DNA of 64,000 nt from Chiloscyllium plagiosum (Eukaryota). Of this stretch, positions 39,661 to 51,464 are shown piece after piece (positions within the stretch are counted from its first letter, which is position 1; each line of letters opens with the position of its first letter). A program made the position numbers and the translations under genes. The notes beneath the pieces are model-generated. The model saw only the letters and a list, made by a program, of their open reading frames with translations. It was not told the DNA's origin and did not search any database. Where the stretch lies: the NCBI RefSeq assembly GCF_004010195.1, contig NC_057718.1, positions 37,614,007 to 37,678,006 on the forward strand, given 5' to 3'.

Positions 39661-40677
39661 TAGACAATAGACAATAGACAATAGGTTCAGGAGTAGGCCA
39701 TTCTGCCCTTTGAGCCTACACCACCATTCAATATGATCATGGCTGATCATCCTTAATCAGTATCCTGCTCCTGCCTTATCTTCATAACCCTTGATTCCAC
39801 TAGTCTTGAGAGCTCTGTCCAGCTCCTTCTTAAATGAATTCAGAGACTGGGCCTCCACTGCCCTCTGGAGCAGAGCATTCCACACAGCCACCACTCTCTG
39901 GGTGAAGAAGTTTCTCCTCATCTCTGTCCTAAATGGTCTACCTCGTATTTTTAAGCTGTGTCCTCTGGTTCGACACGCACCCATCAGCGGAAACATGTTT
40001 CCTGCCTCCAGAGTGTCCAATCCTTTAATAATCTTATATGTCTCAATCAGATCCCCTCTCAGTCTTCTAAACTCAAGGGTATCCAAGCCCAGTCGCTCCA
40101 GTCTTTCAGTGTAAGGTAATCCCGCCATTCCAGGAATTGACCTCGTGAACCTACCCTGCACTCCCTCAATAGCCAGAATGTCTTTCCTCAAATTTGGAGA
40201 CCAGAACTTCACACATTACTCCAGGTGTGGTCTCACCAGGGCCCTGGACAGCTGCAGAAGAACCTCTTTGCTTCTATACTCAATCCCTCTTGTTATGAAG
40301 GCCAGCATGCTATTAGCCTTCTTCACTACCTGCTGTACCTTCATTGACTGGTGTACAAAAACACCCAGATCTCTTTGTACTGCCCCTTTACCTAAATTGA
40401 TTCCATTTAGGTAGTAATCTGCCTTCCTGTTCTTGCCACCAAAGTGGATAACCATACATTTATCCACATTAACTGCATCTGCCATGCATCTGACCACTCA
40501 CCTAACTGTCCATCTCCTAACATCCTCATCACATTTCACCCTGCCACCCAGCTGATGAAATTTGCGAATGTTATTGCTAATACCATCTTGTATATCATGA
40601 AGATAGATTGTAAAAAGCTGCGGTCCCAGTACTGATCCGTGCGGTACCCCACTGGACAGTGCCCGGCATTCCGAAAT
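39661..40677 (-). mobile_element. 5'-truncated CR1 LINE (RT C-terminal half to (GACAATA)n tail) with small deletions
   Basis: SGVPHGSVLGPQLFTIY; NVDKCMVIHFG; RALVRPHLE; FWSPNLRKDI...EFRRLRGDLIETYKI; tandem gacaata tail at 39663-39683. Confidence 0.9.
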
Positions 40678-40964
40678 GGAGGAGTGGAGGAGTGTGGAAG
40701 GATGAGAGAATGCAGGCTGCGCCCCTATGAAGCAGGGGGAGGGCTTGCAATTGGCTTGTGTGGGGATGTGGTAGACTACAGGTGCCTGGTGGGCAAGGGC
40801 TGGCTGAAAGGCAGCTGGAGGAACGGAGGGAGGGAAGCACGCACAGAGGAGGAAGAGCAAAGAGAAAAGAGAAAAAAAAGCCAAAGGGGATAAAGAGAAA
40901 GAGCAACAAAGAAAATGTGGCTGGCCAGCACGCCGTGAAGTAGGGAGAAAAGGCAGGGGCCAGC

Positions 40965-41084
40965 GCCTACAGCCATACTAGTCTGAAAACGCCCGATCTC
41001 GTCTGATCTCGGAAGCTAAGCAGACTCAGGCCTGGTTAGTACTTGGATGGGAGACCGCCTGGGAATACCAGGTGCAGTAGGCTT
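40965..41084 (+). rRNA. RNA5S: 5S ribosomal RNA gene, full length
   Basis: GCCTACAGCCATACTAGTCTGAAAACGCCCGATCTCGTCTGATCTCGGAAGCTAAGCAG...GGAATACCAGGTGCAGTAGGCTT, 120 nt, with the internal control region intact. Confidence 0.97.
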
Positions 41085-41087
41085 TTT
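41083..41087 (+). terminator. Pol III T-run terminator of the 5S gene
   Basis: TTTTT directly at the 3' end of the 5S gene. Confidence 0.85.
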
Positions 41088-41307
41088 CCGCCAGCAGTGG
41101 CTGCTCAAGTCACCCCTCTGCACTTGTCTTGTGCCAGGCAATGGAGCGGCAGGTTATTTTTGCTGCTGCTGCTGTGCCTGGCATCAGTCTCCTGCAGGCA
41201 CGAGACACGGAGGGGAGGAGAGCGGAGCGCTGCCAAAATCAGCAAGAAAGGCGGAAAGAAAGGGATTGGGGCTGCACGCTGTCTGCGGGTGGCAGTCAGG
41301 AAAGGCG

Positions 41308-43435
41308 GACAATAGACAATAGGTGCAGGAGTTGGCCATTCTGCCCTTCCAGCCTGCACCACCATTCAATATGATCATGGCTGATCATCCTTAATCAGTA
41401 TCCTGCTCCTGCCTTATCTCCATAACCCTTGATTCCACTATCCTTGAGAGCTCTATCCAACTCTTTCTTAAATGAATCCAGAGACTGGGCCTCCACTGCC
41501 CTCTGGGGCAGAGCATTCCACACAGCCACCACTCTCTGGGTGAAGAAGTTTCTCCTAATCTCTGTCCTAAATCCCGAGCCACCTCCTTCAGTACTCTGGG
41601 ATGCAGACCATCAGGCCCCGGGGGCTTATCAACCTTCAGACCTAACAGTCTCTCCAACACCAAATCCTGGCATATATAAATTCTCTTCAGTTCAGGTCCT
41701 TCAGCCACTGTTACCTCAGGGAGATTGCTTGTGTCTTCCCCAGTGAACACAGATCTGAAGTACCCATTTAATTCCTCTGCCATTTCTTATTCCCCTGTTT
41801 CTGTCTTCAAGGGCCCAATTTTTGTCCTAACCATTTTTTTGCCTTGCACATACTTAAAAAAGCTTTTACTATCCTCCTTTATATTTTTGGCCAGTTTACC
41901 TTCGTATCTCATTTTTTCTCTGCGTATTTCCTTCTTAGTAATCCTCTGTTGCTCTTTAAAAGCTTCTCAGTCCTCAGTTTTCCCACTTATCTTAGTTATG
42001 TTATACTTTTTCTCTTTTAACTTTATATGTTTCTTTACTTCTCTCGTCAGCCACGGCCGCCCATGCCTCCTCCTGGGAGGTTTCTTCCTTTTTGGAATGA
42101 ACTGATCCTGCAACTTCTGCATTATACACAGAAATATCCGCCATTGTTCCTCCACTGTCATCCCTGCTAAGGTATTGCACCATTGAACTTTGGCCAGCTC
42201 CTCCCTCATAGCTCCATAGTTCCCTTTATTCAACAGAAATATTGTCACTTCCGATTGTACACTCTCACTCTCAAATTGCAGATTGAAGCTTATTGTATTA
42301 TGGTCACTACTTCCCAATGGCTCCTTGACTTCGAGGTCCCTGACCAATTCTGGTTCGTTGCACAATACCAGATCCAGAATTGCCTTCTCCCTGGTCGCCT
42401 CCAGCACCAGCTTTTCTAAGAATCCATCTCTGAGGCACTCCACAAAGTCTCTTTCTTGAGGTCCAATACCATCCTGATTCTCCCAGTTTACCTGTATGTT
42501 GAAATCCCCCATAACAACTGTAGTAACATCTTTGCGACAGGCCAATTTCAGCTCCTGATTTAACTTACATCCGACATCCAGACTACTGTTTGGGGGCCTG
42601 TAAATAACTCCCCAGAGGGTCATTTTACCCTTAGTATTTCTCAGCACTATCCACACTGACTCTACATCCCCTGATTCTAGGTCCTCCCACGCAAGGGACT
42701 GAATATCATCCCTTACCAACAAGGCCACCCCACCCCCTCTGCCCGTCAGTCTATCCTTATAATAGCACGTGTAGCCATGAATATTCATTTCCCAGACCCT
42801 GTCCACTTGAAGCCATGTCTCAGTTATCCCCACAATATCATATCTGCCAATTTCCAAAAGAGCCTCAAGCTCATCCATCTTATTTCTAATGCTTCGCGCA
42901 TTCATGTATTGTATTTTTAATTTGTTACTGCCCTCACCCTTCCCATCAACTCCTATTTCATTCAACCTTACAGCATGATCCCTTTCTGAGTTTTCTGCCT
43001 CATTGATACAGTTGTCTTTCTTGACTTTCCTTGTTCTAACTTTCCCTCCAATTTCCTTCTTAAACATCCAGTTTGTCCCGTTCCCCCCCCCGCTACTTAG
43101 TTTAAACGTAGCTGTGTTGCAGTAGTAAACCTGCCTGCCAGAATGCTGGTCCCTAACCTATTAATGTGCAAACCGTCTCTCTTGTAGAATTTATGCTTAC
43201 CACAAAGCATACCCCAGTGATCCAATAATTTAAATCCTTGCTTCCTGCACCAGTTCCCCAGCCACAAGTTCAAGTCCATTATCTCCCTGTTTCTGACCTC
43301 ACCAGCCCAAGGAACTGGAAGCAAACCGGAGATAACCACCTTTGACACACCCACTCAAATAACAATCACTTACCTTCCTGACCGGCTTTGCGCTCTGCCT
43401 TCACTTCTGCCCAGCTTCCGCCGCTCTCTCATGCG
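41308..43435 (-). mobile_element. Internally deleted CR1 LINE: 5' end, ORF1 esterase C-terminus, intact EN, no RT, 3' tail
   Basis: KVVISGLLPVP...YKRDGLHIN; EN ORF; PGPDGLHPRVLKEVA joined directly to the 3' end at about 41572; gacaata tail. Confidence 0.9.
41967..43067 (-). CDS. CR1 ORF2 APE-type endonuclease domain (open 366-aa frame, transposon-derived)
   Basis: MNARSIRNK, GITETWL, GGGVALLV, IYRPPN, MGDFN, ILDLVLCN, SDHN motifs. Confidence 0.85.
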   Translation of the reverse strand: MFKKEIGGKVRTRKVKKDNCINEAENSERDHAVRLNEIGVDGKGEGSNKLKIQYMNARSIRNKMDELEALLEIGRYDIVGITETWLQVDRVWEMNIHGYTCYYKDRLTGRGGGVALLVRDDIQSLAWEDLESGDVESVWIVLRNTKGKMTLWGVIYRPPNSSLDVGCKLNQELKLACRKDVTTVVMGDFNIQVNWENQDGIGPQERDFVECLRDGFLEKLVLEATREKAILDLVLCNEPELVRDLEVKEPLGSSDHNTISFNLQFESESVQSEVTIFLLNKGNYGAMREELAKVQWCNTLAGMTVEEQWRIFLCIMQKLQDQFIPKRKKPPRRRHGRPWLTREVKKHIKLKEKKYNITKISGKTED

Positions 43436-45492
43436 AAAATTGAAAGTTGTTGGACTGCAGATATTTTAGTCACTGGACATAAACCTTATTTTAAACTGAA
43501 TCCTGTATTTCAGCTTCTATTCTTTCTGACGTAAACTGTGGTTATAATGCTCTTGTGATGTGGTTTGGGATGTTTTACTATGTTAAAGGCACTATATAAG
43601 TACAAGTTGTTGTAGTAAGGTATCAAGGAATACAGCCAAGAGAGTTGAGGTTCAGATTAAACAATAATCTAATTAAATGCTGCAATAGACTCGAGAGGCT
43701 GAATGACTTATTTCCATTCCTAAATTGCTATATTTTTCTGCCTTTTGAGCATTTTCCTTTCAAGACATAAAACGTGCCTTTAAAAATGGCAAACATTCCT
43801 TTTAAAATTAAGTTTGGTGTGAGGTCACTTTGTAGCAGCACAGAGTACAATGAGTTACTTAACAGAAGTATATAGAAATGGCAATGGGAGAGATGTGCAG
43901 ATAATAAAACAAAACAAATGACATTTCAGTTGTGTAACTCAATCAGCATTTGTAGAGAGAAAACAGAGTTCATGCTTTAAGTTCAGTGACCTTTTGTCAC
44001 TGAAAGGGTGGGATTTATGTTAATGAGTGGATGGAAGAGTGAATAGAATACAGTACATAGAGATGGAGTCCAGAGACAGGGAGGGATAAAAAGGGATAGG
44101 CAAACAAAGAGATTGCTAATGACAAGCCAAAACAGAGATAAATGCTGGGGAGAGTTCTAATGAGAAGTGCAAAGGTTTACACTCATCCCAATAGAATGTC
44201 CTCCAACTTTGAGGTCCGCCTCCACAATTAGTCTCAAAGAAACAAACTCCCTCCTTATGTGAACAAATCTAGCCAAGTGAGGAAAGAGTTCCAGGTCTGC
44301 AACAAGATCATTTTTCAAGCTCATTGTGAAAACAACTACAGAGGTATAGAGTTGAATATTGCCTCTTTGTAAAGTGTATTTTACACACTCATAAAAGAAT
44401 TAGCATCAAATAGCCATCTGAAAATAATTTAGCTTCAATCAATGTGTCAACTTAGTTCAATTAGTACTTTTGCCTCTGAGTGGGAAGATTGAGGATTCAA
44501 ATTCCCCTTCAGAACTTATTCATATGCTGTAGGTAATGCGTGAGGGAGTATTGCAAGTCAGAGATTTCCTTTAATTGAAAATATAATTCAGTCTCCCATT
44601 TGCTTGTTAAAGTCATACAGCATAGAAGACACTTCTAGGCCCATTGAATCTGCACCACTTATCTGGATTAATCCCATTTTCCAGCACTTGGCCCATAGTT
44701 TTGAATGTAATGACATTTCAAGTGCTCAAAGGTTATGAGGTTTCCTCACTCTATTACCCTGCTAGGCAGTGCATCCCAGACCCAGACCAACCCCTTGGGT
44801 GAAAGAACATTTATTCAGAACCCCTCTAAGCCTCCTGCCCTTTGCCTTAATACTTTCCCTGATTAATTGTTCTGTCAATTAATCAAGTCAAAAATTGGTT
44901 AACTAAGTCCTGCATGGAAAGCACAGAAGCAAAATACTGCAAAAACTAAAAAGTACTGATGAAAGGTCAGGACTTGAAATGAGAACTGTTTTTCTCTTCA
45001 AAAGGTTTAATGACCTGTTGAGTGTTTCCAGTATTTTCTGTCCTGAAAAACAAATCAGGGCCATAACAAGTCATCATGAAAAAGGGCAGAAAGTCATAGT
45101 TTAAATTTGTAAGGATACGCATTACAAACTGGAGAAAATGGAAGTTTTGACTACTGTTTTGCAAAGGATGAGTCAATTCTTTTTCTGAGAATTCGAAGAT
45201 TAAAAGAGAACATATGTGCTAATCATATGTTAGTTGTAGAAGGTCATGTAACTTTTGGAGAAGCTGGATTTGGCACTTTTGTGAGACACAGTGGCACAGG
45301 AGTCCTTGAGCCAAAGATTTTGCAACAACAGATTTTGATTGGTTAAGTTGAAGTTGAGCTAGGAAGAGAGCAGTTGAATTCAGACCTCAAAAGGCCCGCA
45401 AGCCAAGACAGATTTCTCATGCTCTCTTTCTGGAAGTGAAGAAAAAAACAGTACCCAAGCAAAAACTTGGATCTGACTGGCCTCCTACTGAG

Positions 45493-45817
45493 TTTTTTTT
45501 ATTCATTAATAAGATGAGGGCATCGCTGGCGAGACCAGCATTTATTGCTCAGAGGACATTAAGTCAACCACATCAGCTGTGGACCTGGAGAAATACATAT
45601 ACCAGATAAGGATAGCAAATTTCCTGCCCTGAAGGGCATTAGTGAACCAGATGGACTTTTACTTGACAATGGTTTCATGGTCATCGGTAGATTCTTACTC
45701 CAGATTTTTGTTTTATTGAATTGAAATTCCACACTCTGTTGTGATGGGATTTGAAACCAGGTCCTCCACTGAGCTTCTGGATTAATAATAATAATGCCAC
45801 GAGGCCATCGTCTCCCC
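45493..45817 (-). mobile_element. tRNA-headed SINE with LINE-derived tail (second SINE family)
   Basis: Homologous to 57435-57792 (+) and 61100-61691 (-). Confidence 0.7.
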
Positions 45818-47784
45818 AATAAGAATCCAGTGGAGGATGACTGTGATCAGCAACAACATGATATCATCACCAAAAACCAAAGGAATAAAAATATCTCCTT
45901 ATTCTAGCCTTGTGATTTGGACTCTTGATCCACCAAAATCTTTTTTTGGGTGTATTTTCCGTCCTTTATATTTCTGTAAAACTGTCTGTCTTATCTGTCC
46001 TATTGATAAATGAATGCTTGTGTGTTTTGATTTAAAGGAGATATCGTTTCAGCTTGGATATTAATAATTATTAAACAATTGTGTCAATTGCTAAAGAATA
46101 AGTTTGTTAAAATAAATACATTTTATTTTCTTGTTTATTGAGATATCTAAGTTTCTTTCATCTTAGATAATAGTCAAATTCAGGCAAGTTAACTATCTTA
46201 GTGATTAAATTAGTCATTTATACATTTGTGACAACTAATTAAATGGTGGAGTTTGATCTTCAGCACAATTTTTTCCCATTAGGAGTTTTACAAAACATTG
46301 AAGCATGAAAAGAGATCTTTTCTTTCTAAGACTGGTAAAGAAATCAAAATGTTATCGGGATAATGGAATATTTTGAGCTTCCATTGCCACAGATCAGATT
46401 TCATGGTGATTTAAGAACAGAATCAATTTGCTATGGATTTCTGTTGAAGCGATTTGAAATTATTTCTTACAGCAAAACATTTGAGAGTTACCAGTGTGGA
46501 GTTGGTGAGATGTCATGGGATAATGAATTTAGCGGCGTCAACAAAATAACCGTATATCAGCAATATAACTGTTTGAAGAAGCTTTTCATTCAAGTATAGA
46601 ACATACACTGACTGTGAACAACAATTCAAGAGCTAAACAGTGAACAATTATTCAAGAGCTGAGCTACTCTTCCCAGGACAGTTGTGTGTAGGAAATAAAG
46701 ATTTCACCATGTGAGTGAATGAAGCACAATCAATGTAATCTAATCATGAACTGTGTAGGAACAATTCCTTATTTTGTTTGTGTTGCTTCATTTTCTTCAT
46801 TTCAGCAGGCCATGTTAAATAATAAATTCCAAAAATTATTTTGAAACTGCTTCTTATCCATTGTATTGCACTATATATGTTAGCTCTGAAATTCCTTTGC
46901 CTTTGATAGCAAAGCTCACAGACAGAAGGAGTGAAGATATTCTGCACAACTCCCATTTTCACTGGTCTGTGGTTCTTCTTGAACCACCATCCAGAAACAC
47001 AATGGGTGGGAAAAGTTATTTGTTGTGGTGACCTGTTTTTAGTTATGGCATCATTGGAAGAAGCATTTGAGACAGAAGCATAAAAGCCAATTGCATTATG
47101 CAGGAATACTATCTATTGAGGTGATTTATACCTGTAGTATTTTTATGTGTATTTTTTAAAATTCATTTATTTTAAGTTTTGTTTGGTGATGTGGGTTTTC
47201 TGTGTGTCTGAAGTCAATAATGAATTTGTATCTTCTTGAACTTCTGGTTATTTTTAAAACAAAATCTGAAGCATCATGTGTCTTTGTCCTTCTTGTAAAT
47301 AACTCCATTAATTGCGGAGAGATCATTGCTGAGCCAGAGTGATGACTGGAAGTTACACACCACTGCACATCTACTGGCCAAGAATGGTGAATGAAAATCT
47401 CCAACCATTGCACATTTGGTAGCGCTCTGGAACATTACAGACTTTGGCGTTGCTGGATCCAGTTTATTATTTTTATAAATATCACTGACTGTTCATAATT
47501 GGTAATCTTTCACTATGCATAATCATTAGACATTATCACTGCATGCCAATGTTGCTATTTGTCAATGTACATCTTGACTCTGCTGCTGTCAACATAGAAT
47601 CAGGGAACTTGACAATACAGTTAAAAATAGTGTTAATTTCAAATTAGAAATACCAATTCTGTGTTTGAGTGGCAGTCGTAAATCATTCAATGTGCATTGC
47701 ACAATCTGAACTTCCATTGTGAGAATCCAACCTTTCAATCTCCATCCCACACCCGCAATTTTTCTCTGTTACCTAATTACCTCT

Positions 47785-48190
47785 GTTACCTAGCCACAAA
47801 ACAACATGACCCTCTTTCACTAATATCCTTACATACAGATGAGGAAGGACATCACTTCGACTGGGACAACACATCCATCCTAGGACAAGCCAAACATAGA
47901 CATGCACGAGAATTCCGAGAATTCTATCAACAAACACATTGACTTGGACCCAATTTACCACCCCCTGAGAAAAAAAAGGAAATTACATCACTAACCCAAG
48001 GAAATGACATCACTAACCCAAAGAAACCCAAACATATAAATAGAAAGCAGGAATCACCAGCAATGCTTCGTCCGGAGGCTTACTGAAGATATTACCTAGT
48101 ACGGTGACAAAACGACTGAAAATGAATCTTCCAGCTCAGCGAGCAAACCTACATCCAGAACCTCAACCTGAGCTACAAATCTTCTCAAAA
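47785..48190 (+). mobile_element. PLE family C fragment with degenerate hammerhead-like core
   Basis: ATKQHDPLSLISLHTDEEGHHFDWDNTSILGQAKHRHAREF; ctgaagatattacctagtacggtgacaaaacgac at about 48083-48116. Confidence 0.75.
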
Positions 48191-50016
48191 CTCTGGAACA
48201 GTAGATTCAACAACACAGCCCAGTACTGTATAGGTTTTGCTGCACTGCTGGTGTTCACAACTAAATATTCATTTATCAACACAGTGGTTATAGGCATCAT
48301 CTGACTGCAGGCTGAAGCTGAAATGTACCAAGATGATTTCCTCAAGAGGATTAGGTGGCGTTACATATTCATCGCTGTTCTTTAATGACTAAACGAGAAG
48401 TCAACGATGTGGGAAGTAAAAGTGAAGAACGAGGAATTGAAATGGAAATAAATTAACAGCATTTCGACTTTATGTCCTCTTAAAAAGTTGCTGGCAATAT
48501 ACGGCAATTGGTTAATATCTGTTAATATCTAACAGTAAATGAAAAGTAGAGCAACAAATGGAAATTGTTGCACTGCTTAACTTTTGACCCTTTTATTAAG
48601 TTGTTGCATGTGTGTTTAATTAGCTTTGTTGCATTTGGTTGCACATATGGGATTATAATAAAGATTAGTGTAGCATGACATCCTGTATTTGTGCTGAGTT
48701 AGCAATGCTGGATGAATCAACTCTATGATTGATATTGTAATCCACACTAAAAGTTACATTTCTACCTGGATTTTGTCATGTTCCAAATTGCTATTTTTTG
48801 CTACTTTACTTCCCAAAGTCTGTCTTATGTCTTTCCAAAATTTCATGAAACAGCCACTTCTAAAGGAGCTTTAAAAAGAAACCCAATGTTTATTCCCCAG
48901 GGTTGCTTAAATTAATAGCTAACTAAATGCTTGCTGCTGATTTGCCAAGTTTAACCTTTTGTATGCTCACTTACATAATATTGGAGTTTAAGTTTTTAAA
49001 AATTCACAAGCGAAATGCACTGTAGAGAACGCAGTAAATAAGAAGATCATTTAAAGTCTTGAGCTCCCACTCTTCTGACACAGGTTCAGCAGAGGTGAAC
49101 CCACATTAAACCATCTCTGAATTGCAGACCGTGAGGTTATCTGCATGGACAGAATGGGCTCATCATGCCAGCAACAAAACATTAGGCGCTTGCCCTGAAT
49201 GGATGGTGAAAGCAATATAGTGGCACCACGCCAGTTGTAACATTTGAACATTGCATTTCCATTCCCTCAAAATGCCTGGAATAATTTGTCTTTTTTCATC
49301 CTTTGCTTCAAGTGGAGTGTCTCCAGGGAAATTATCCTTTCCTGTTTAAAAGTTTGAGACCTCCCTCAGTCCCCCCAGGGAACCTGCAGAAGATGAAATC
49401 TCTGAGCCAGTAGTTTTGCGAAGGCCTTACAAATGACAATGGGATTAAGGGAAGAAAAAGTTGGTCTTTGAGTGATCTTGAACTACCCATGAGGCAATGG
49501 GACAGAACTTAAAAACAGAGAGGAGTTTAGGGTTATGGTCAAATGGCCTTTAGTGGAAAGATTGGCTTAGCAAGCAGGGGGAAGAGGGAAGCAGCAGAAG
49601 CAGCATGATCTGCATCTTGTAACAAAGATGTTGATAAGGTCCTGAACCTTTTGTTAGAAAGGATGGTGAAGTACATGGAAGGGAGAAAAGTTAAAGAGAA
49701 TAGCTTGCAATGGGAAAAGGCTGTGAACTCTGTTTTCTAAGATGACCCTAGTATAATAAGCAGTTTTATTTTAGGAGATTGAGGCTCAATTGAATAAAAT
49801 GCCTTCAGCCTACTCTAGTCAAGGCAACAACATTCAAATCTAAACTTCTTAGATTAGACGTGAGGATGGGGCTGAAAACAGATCAGGTTGGGAGATAGTA
49901 AACAAATTTCAGTGAGAGACAAGGATTGCGTTGTGATCACCCACAACAAGAATGTATAGACATTCTGGTAATAAATATCAAAGTGAAGCAGTGAGTGTGG
50001 ACCTGCCAACAGAGGT

Positions 50017-50079
50017 CAATGATGGGTGAAGTGACTTGGACAGTCCTGAGAGCAATGATGGGTGAAGTGACTTGGACAG
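50017..50079. repeat. 27-bp perfect direct repeat with 9-bp spacer
   Basis: caatgatgggtgaagtgacttggacag at 50017-50043 and 50053-50079. Confidence 0.95.
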
Positions 50080-50967
50080 AAGTATGTTGGTGAAAGCAGT
50101 CCTTTTTGAGTGCCCTGGGGAAGAAGCTCAGAAGGAGACAATATCAAGACAATATTATAGCTCACAAGAAGCAGTGACAGGTGCCTAATGGTTCCTGTAA
50201 ACACAGATTAAGAGATACATGTCCTGCACACAAACACAGTTGAGGCAGAGATGAAACAATCCAAAATTAAAGCCTGAGGCACTGTGGTGATATGACGTCA
50301 ATTTATAGACAGGGTGGAGTCAGCTTGTTTATCAGTTGTGTGCAATCTCTGTCGGCTCTTTTCTTATGGGTGGTTGCGTGGTGGATTCTATTGCAAGATC
50401 ACAAAGTGTATGCATTCCTCATATGTGGCATGAAGCTAAACAAAATGGTGGGCTGTCTGTGTGAACTTAGATACTATCTGTAATCCAATTAGACAATTTC
50501 ATTTTGCAATAGAGAGCACGCAACTAAGATCTTCAAGTATTGTTTTATTTTGATTTTATTACAGAGATAAAATGATTTCCTGTTCCCCCTTCTCAAAACA
50601 TACAAATGGATCAAAGCACTGCATTGTCAAGCAATCAATCTCACTGAGTTTTTAAAATCAGCTCTTTCACTGGTAAATAATATTTACTAAAAAAAAATCA
50701 CCTAAGTTATTGATCAATACAGTTAGTAATGATGAAGTAAATACTTCTTTTATTCCAATGTGGTGTTGTAATCTTTTCTAAATTTAAATTCTGACTTCAT
50801 TTCAGAAGTTCTTCATTAGTTGTAAACTGCTTTGGGATGCCCTGTGGTTATTAAAGGCGCTATATCAATGCATCTTTTTAAGTATCTCATATTTCATATG
50901 CACTATTCAAACAATTTGAGAATGGACATCTTCTTACATCTGAATGTTGAAATCATTTTTTTGTTCT

Positions 50968-51267
50968 GAGGGCACGGTGGCTCAGTGGTTAGCACTGCTG
51001 CCTCACAGCGCCAGGGTCCTGAGTTCGATTCCAACCTCGGGTGACTGTCTGTGTGGAGTTTGCACATTCTCCCCGTGTCTGCATGGTTCTCCGGTTTCCT
51101 CCCACATTCCAAAGATGTGCTGGTTAGGTGAATTGGCCATGCTTAAATTGTCAATTAGGTGCGTTAGTCAGAGGGAAATGGGGTTTGGGTGGGCTACTCT
51201 TCGGAGGGTCGGTGTGGACCTGTTGGGCCGAAGGGCCTGTTTCCACATTGTAGGGAATCTAATCTAA
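50968..51267 (+). mobile_element. HE1-type V-SINE
   Basis: ggcacggtggctcagtggttagcactgctgcctcacagcgccagg (A box), gagttcgattcc (B box), V-domain, and tail gggccgaagggcctgtttccacattgtagggaatctaatctaa. Confidence 0.9.
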
Positions 51268-51293
51268 CAGTATAATTGGCGGTTTTGGAGTGA

Positions 51294-51419
51294 GAGGCGG
51301 AAGTGGGGACTGCATCTGCTGGAGATTAGAGCCGAATGTGTGGTGCTGGAAAAGCACAGCAGGTCAGGCAGTATCCGAGGAGCAGAAAAATCGACATTTC
51401 AGGCAAAAGTCCTTCATCA
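51294..51419 (-). mobile_element. Single-arm PLE family A terminus with 13-bp TSD
   Basis: ggttttg[g/a]agtga at 51281-51293 and 51420-51432; the arm ends at the hammerhead-like core (ccttcatcag). Confidence 0.8.
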
Positions 51420-51464
51420 GGTTTTGAAGTGATACCTACTTGAATCATCAATTTTCTACTCATA

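Larger units (their letters stand above)
40678..41307 (+). other. 5S rDNA unit fragment: gene plus putative non-transcribed spacer on both sides
   Basis: GC- and purine-rich flanks of about 290 bp and 220 bp, unlike the AT-rich surroundings and with no CR1 similarity. Confidence 0.6.

Noticed and set aside
40498..41378. Cluster of overlapping ORFs around the 5S gene
   Set aside because: Explained by GC-rich, stop-poor spacer sequence. Only the CR1 RT part has recognisable motifs.
40965..41572. SINE3 (5S head with CR1-like tail)
   Set aside because: The 5S gene and the CR1 tails are on opposite strands, the 5S has its own T5 terminator, and upstream spacer-like DNA is present.
39670..41572. 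265-bp direct repeats as the LTRs of an LTR element carrying 5S
   Set aside because: The repeats are CR1 ORF2 ends plus 3' UTR with microsatellite tails. There are no TG...CA ends, PBS or PPT.
50968..51040. tRNA gene
   Set aside because: The A and B boxes belong to an HE1 SINE head that continues into the V-domain and LINE-like tail. The same holds for about 8490-8558.
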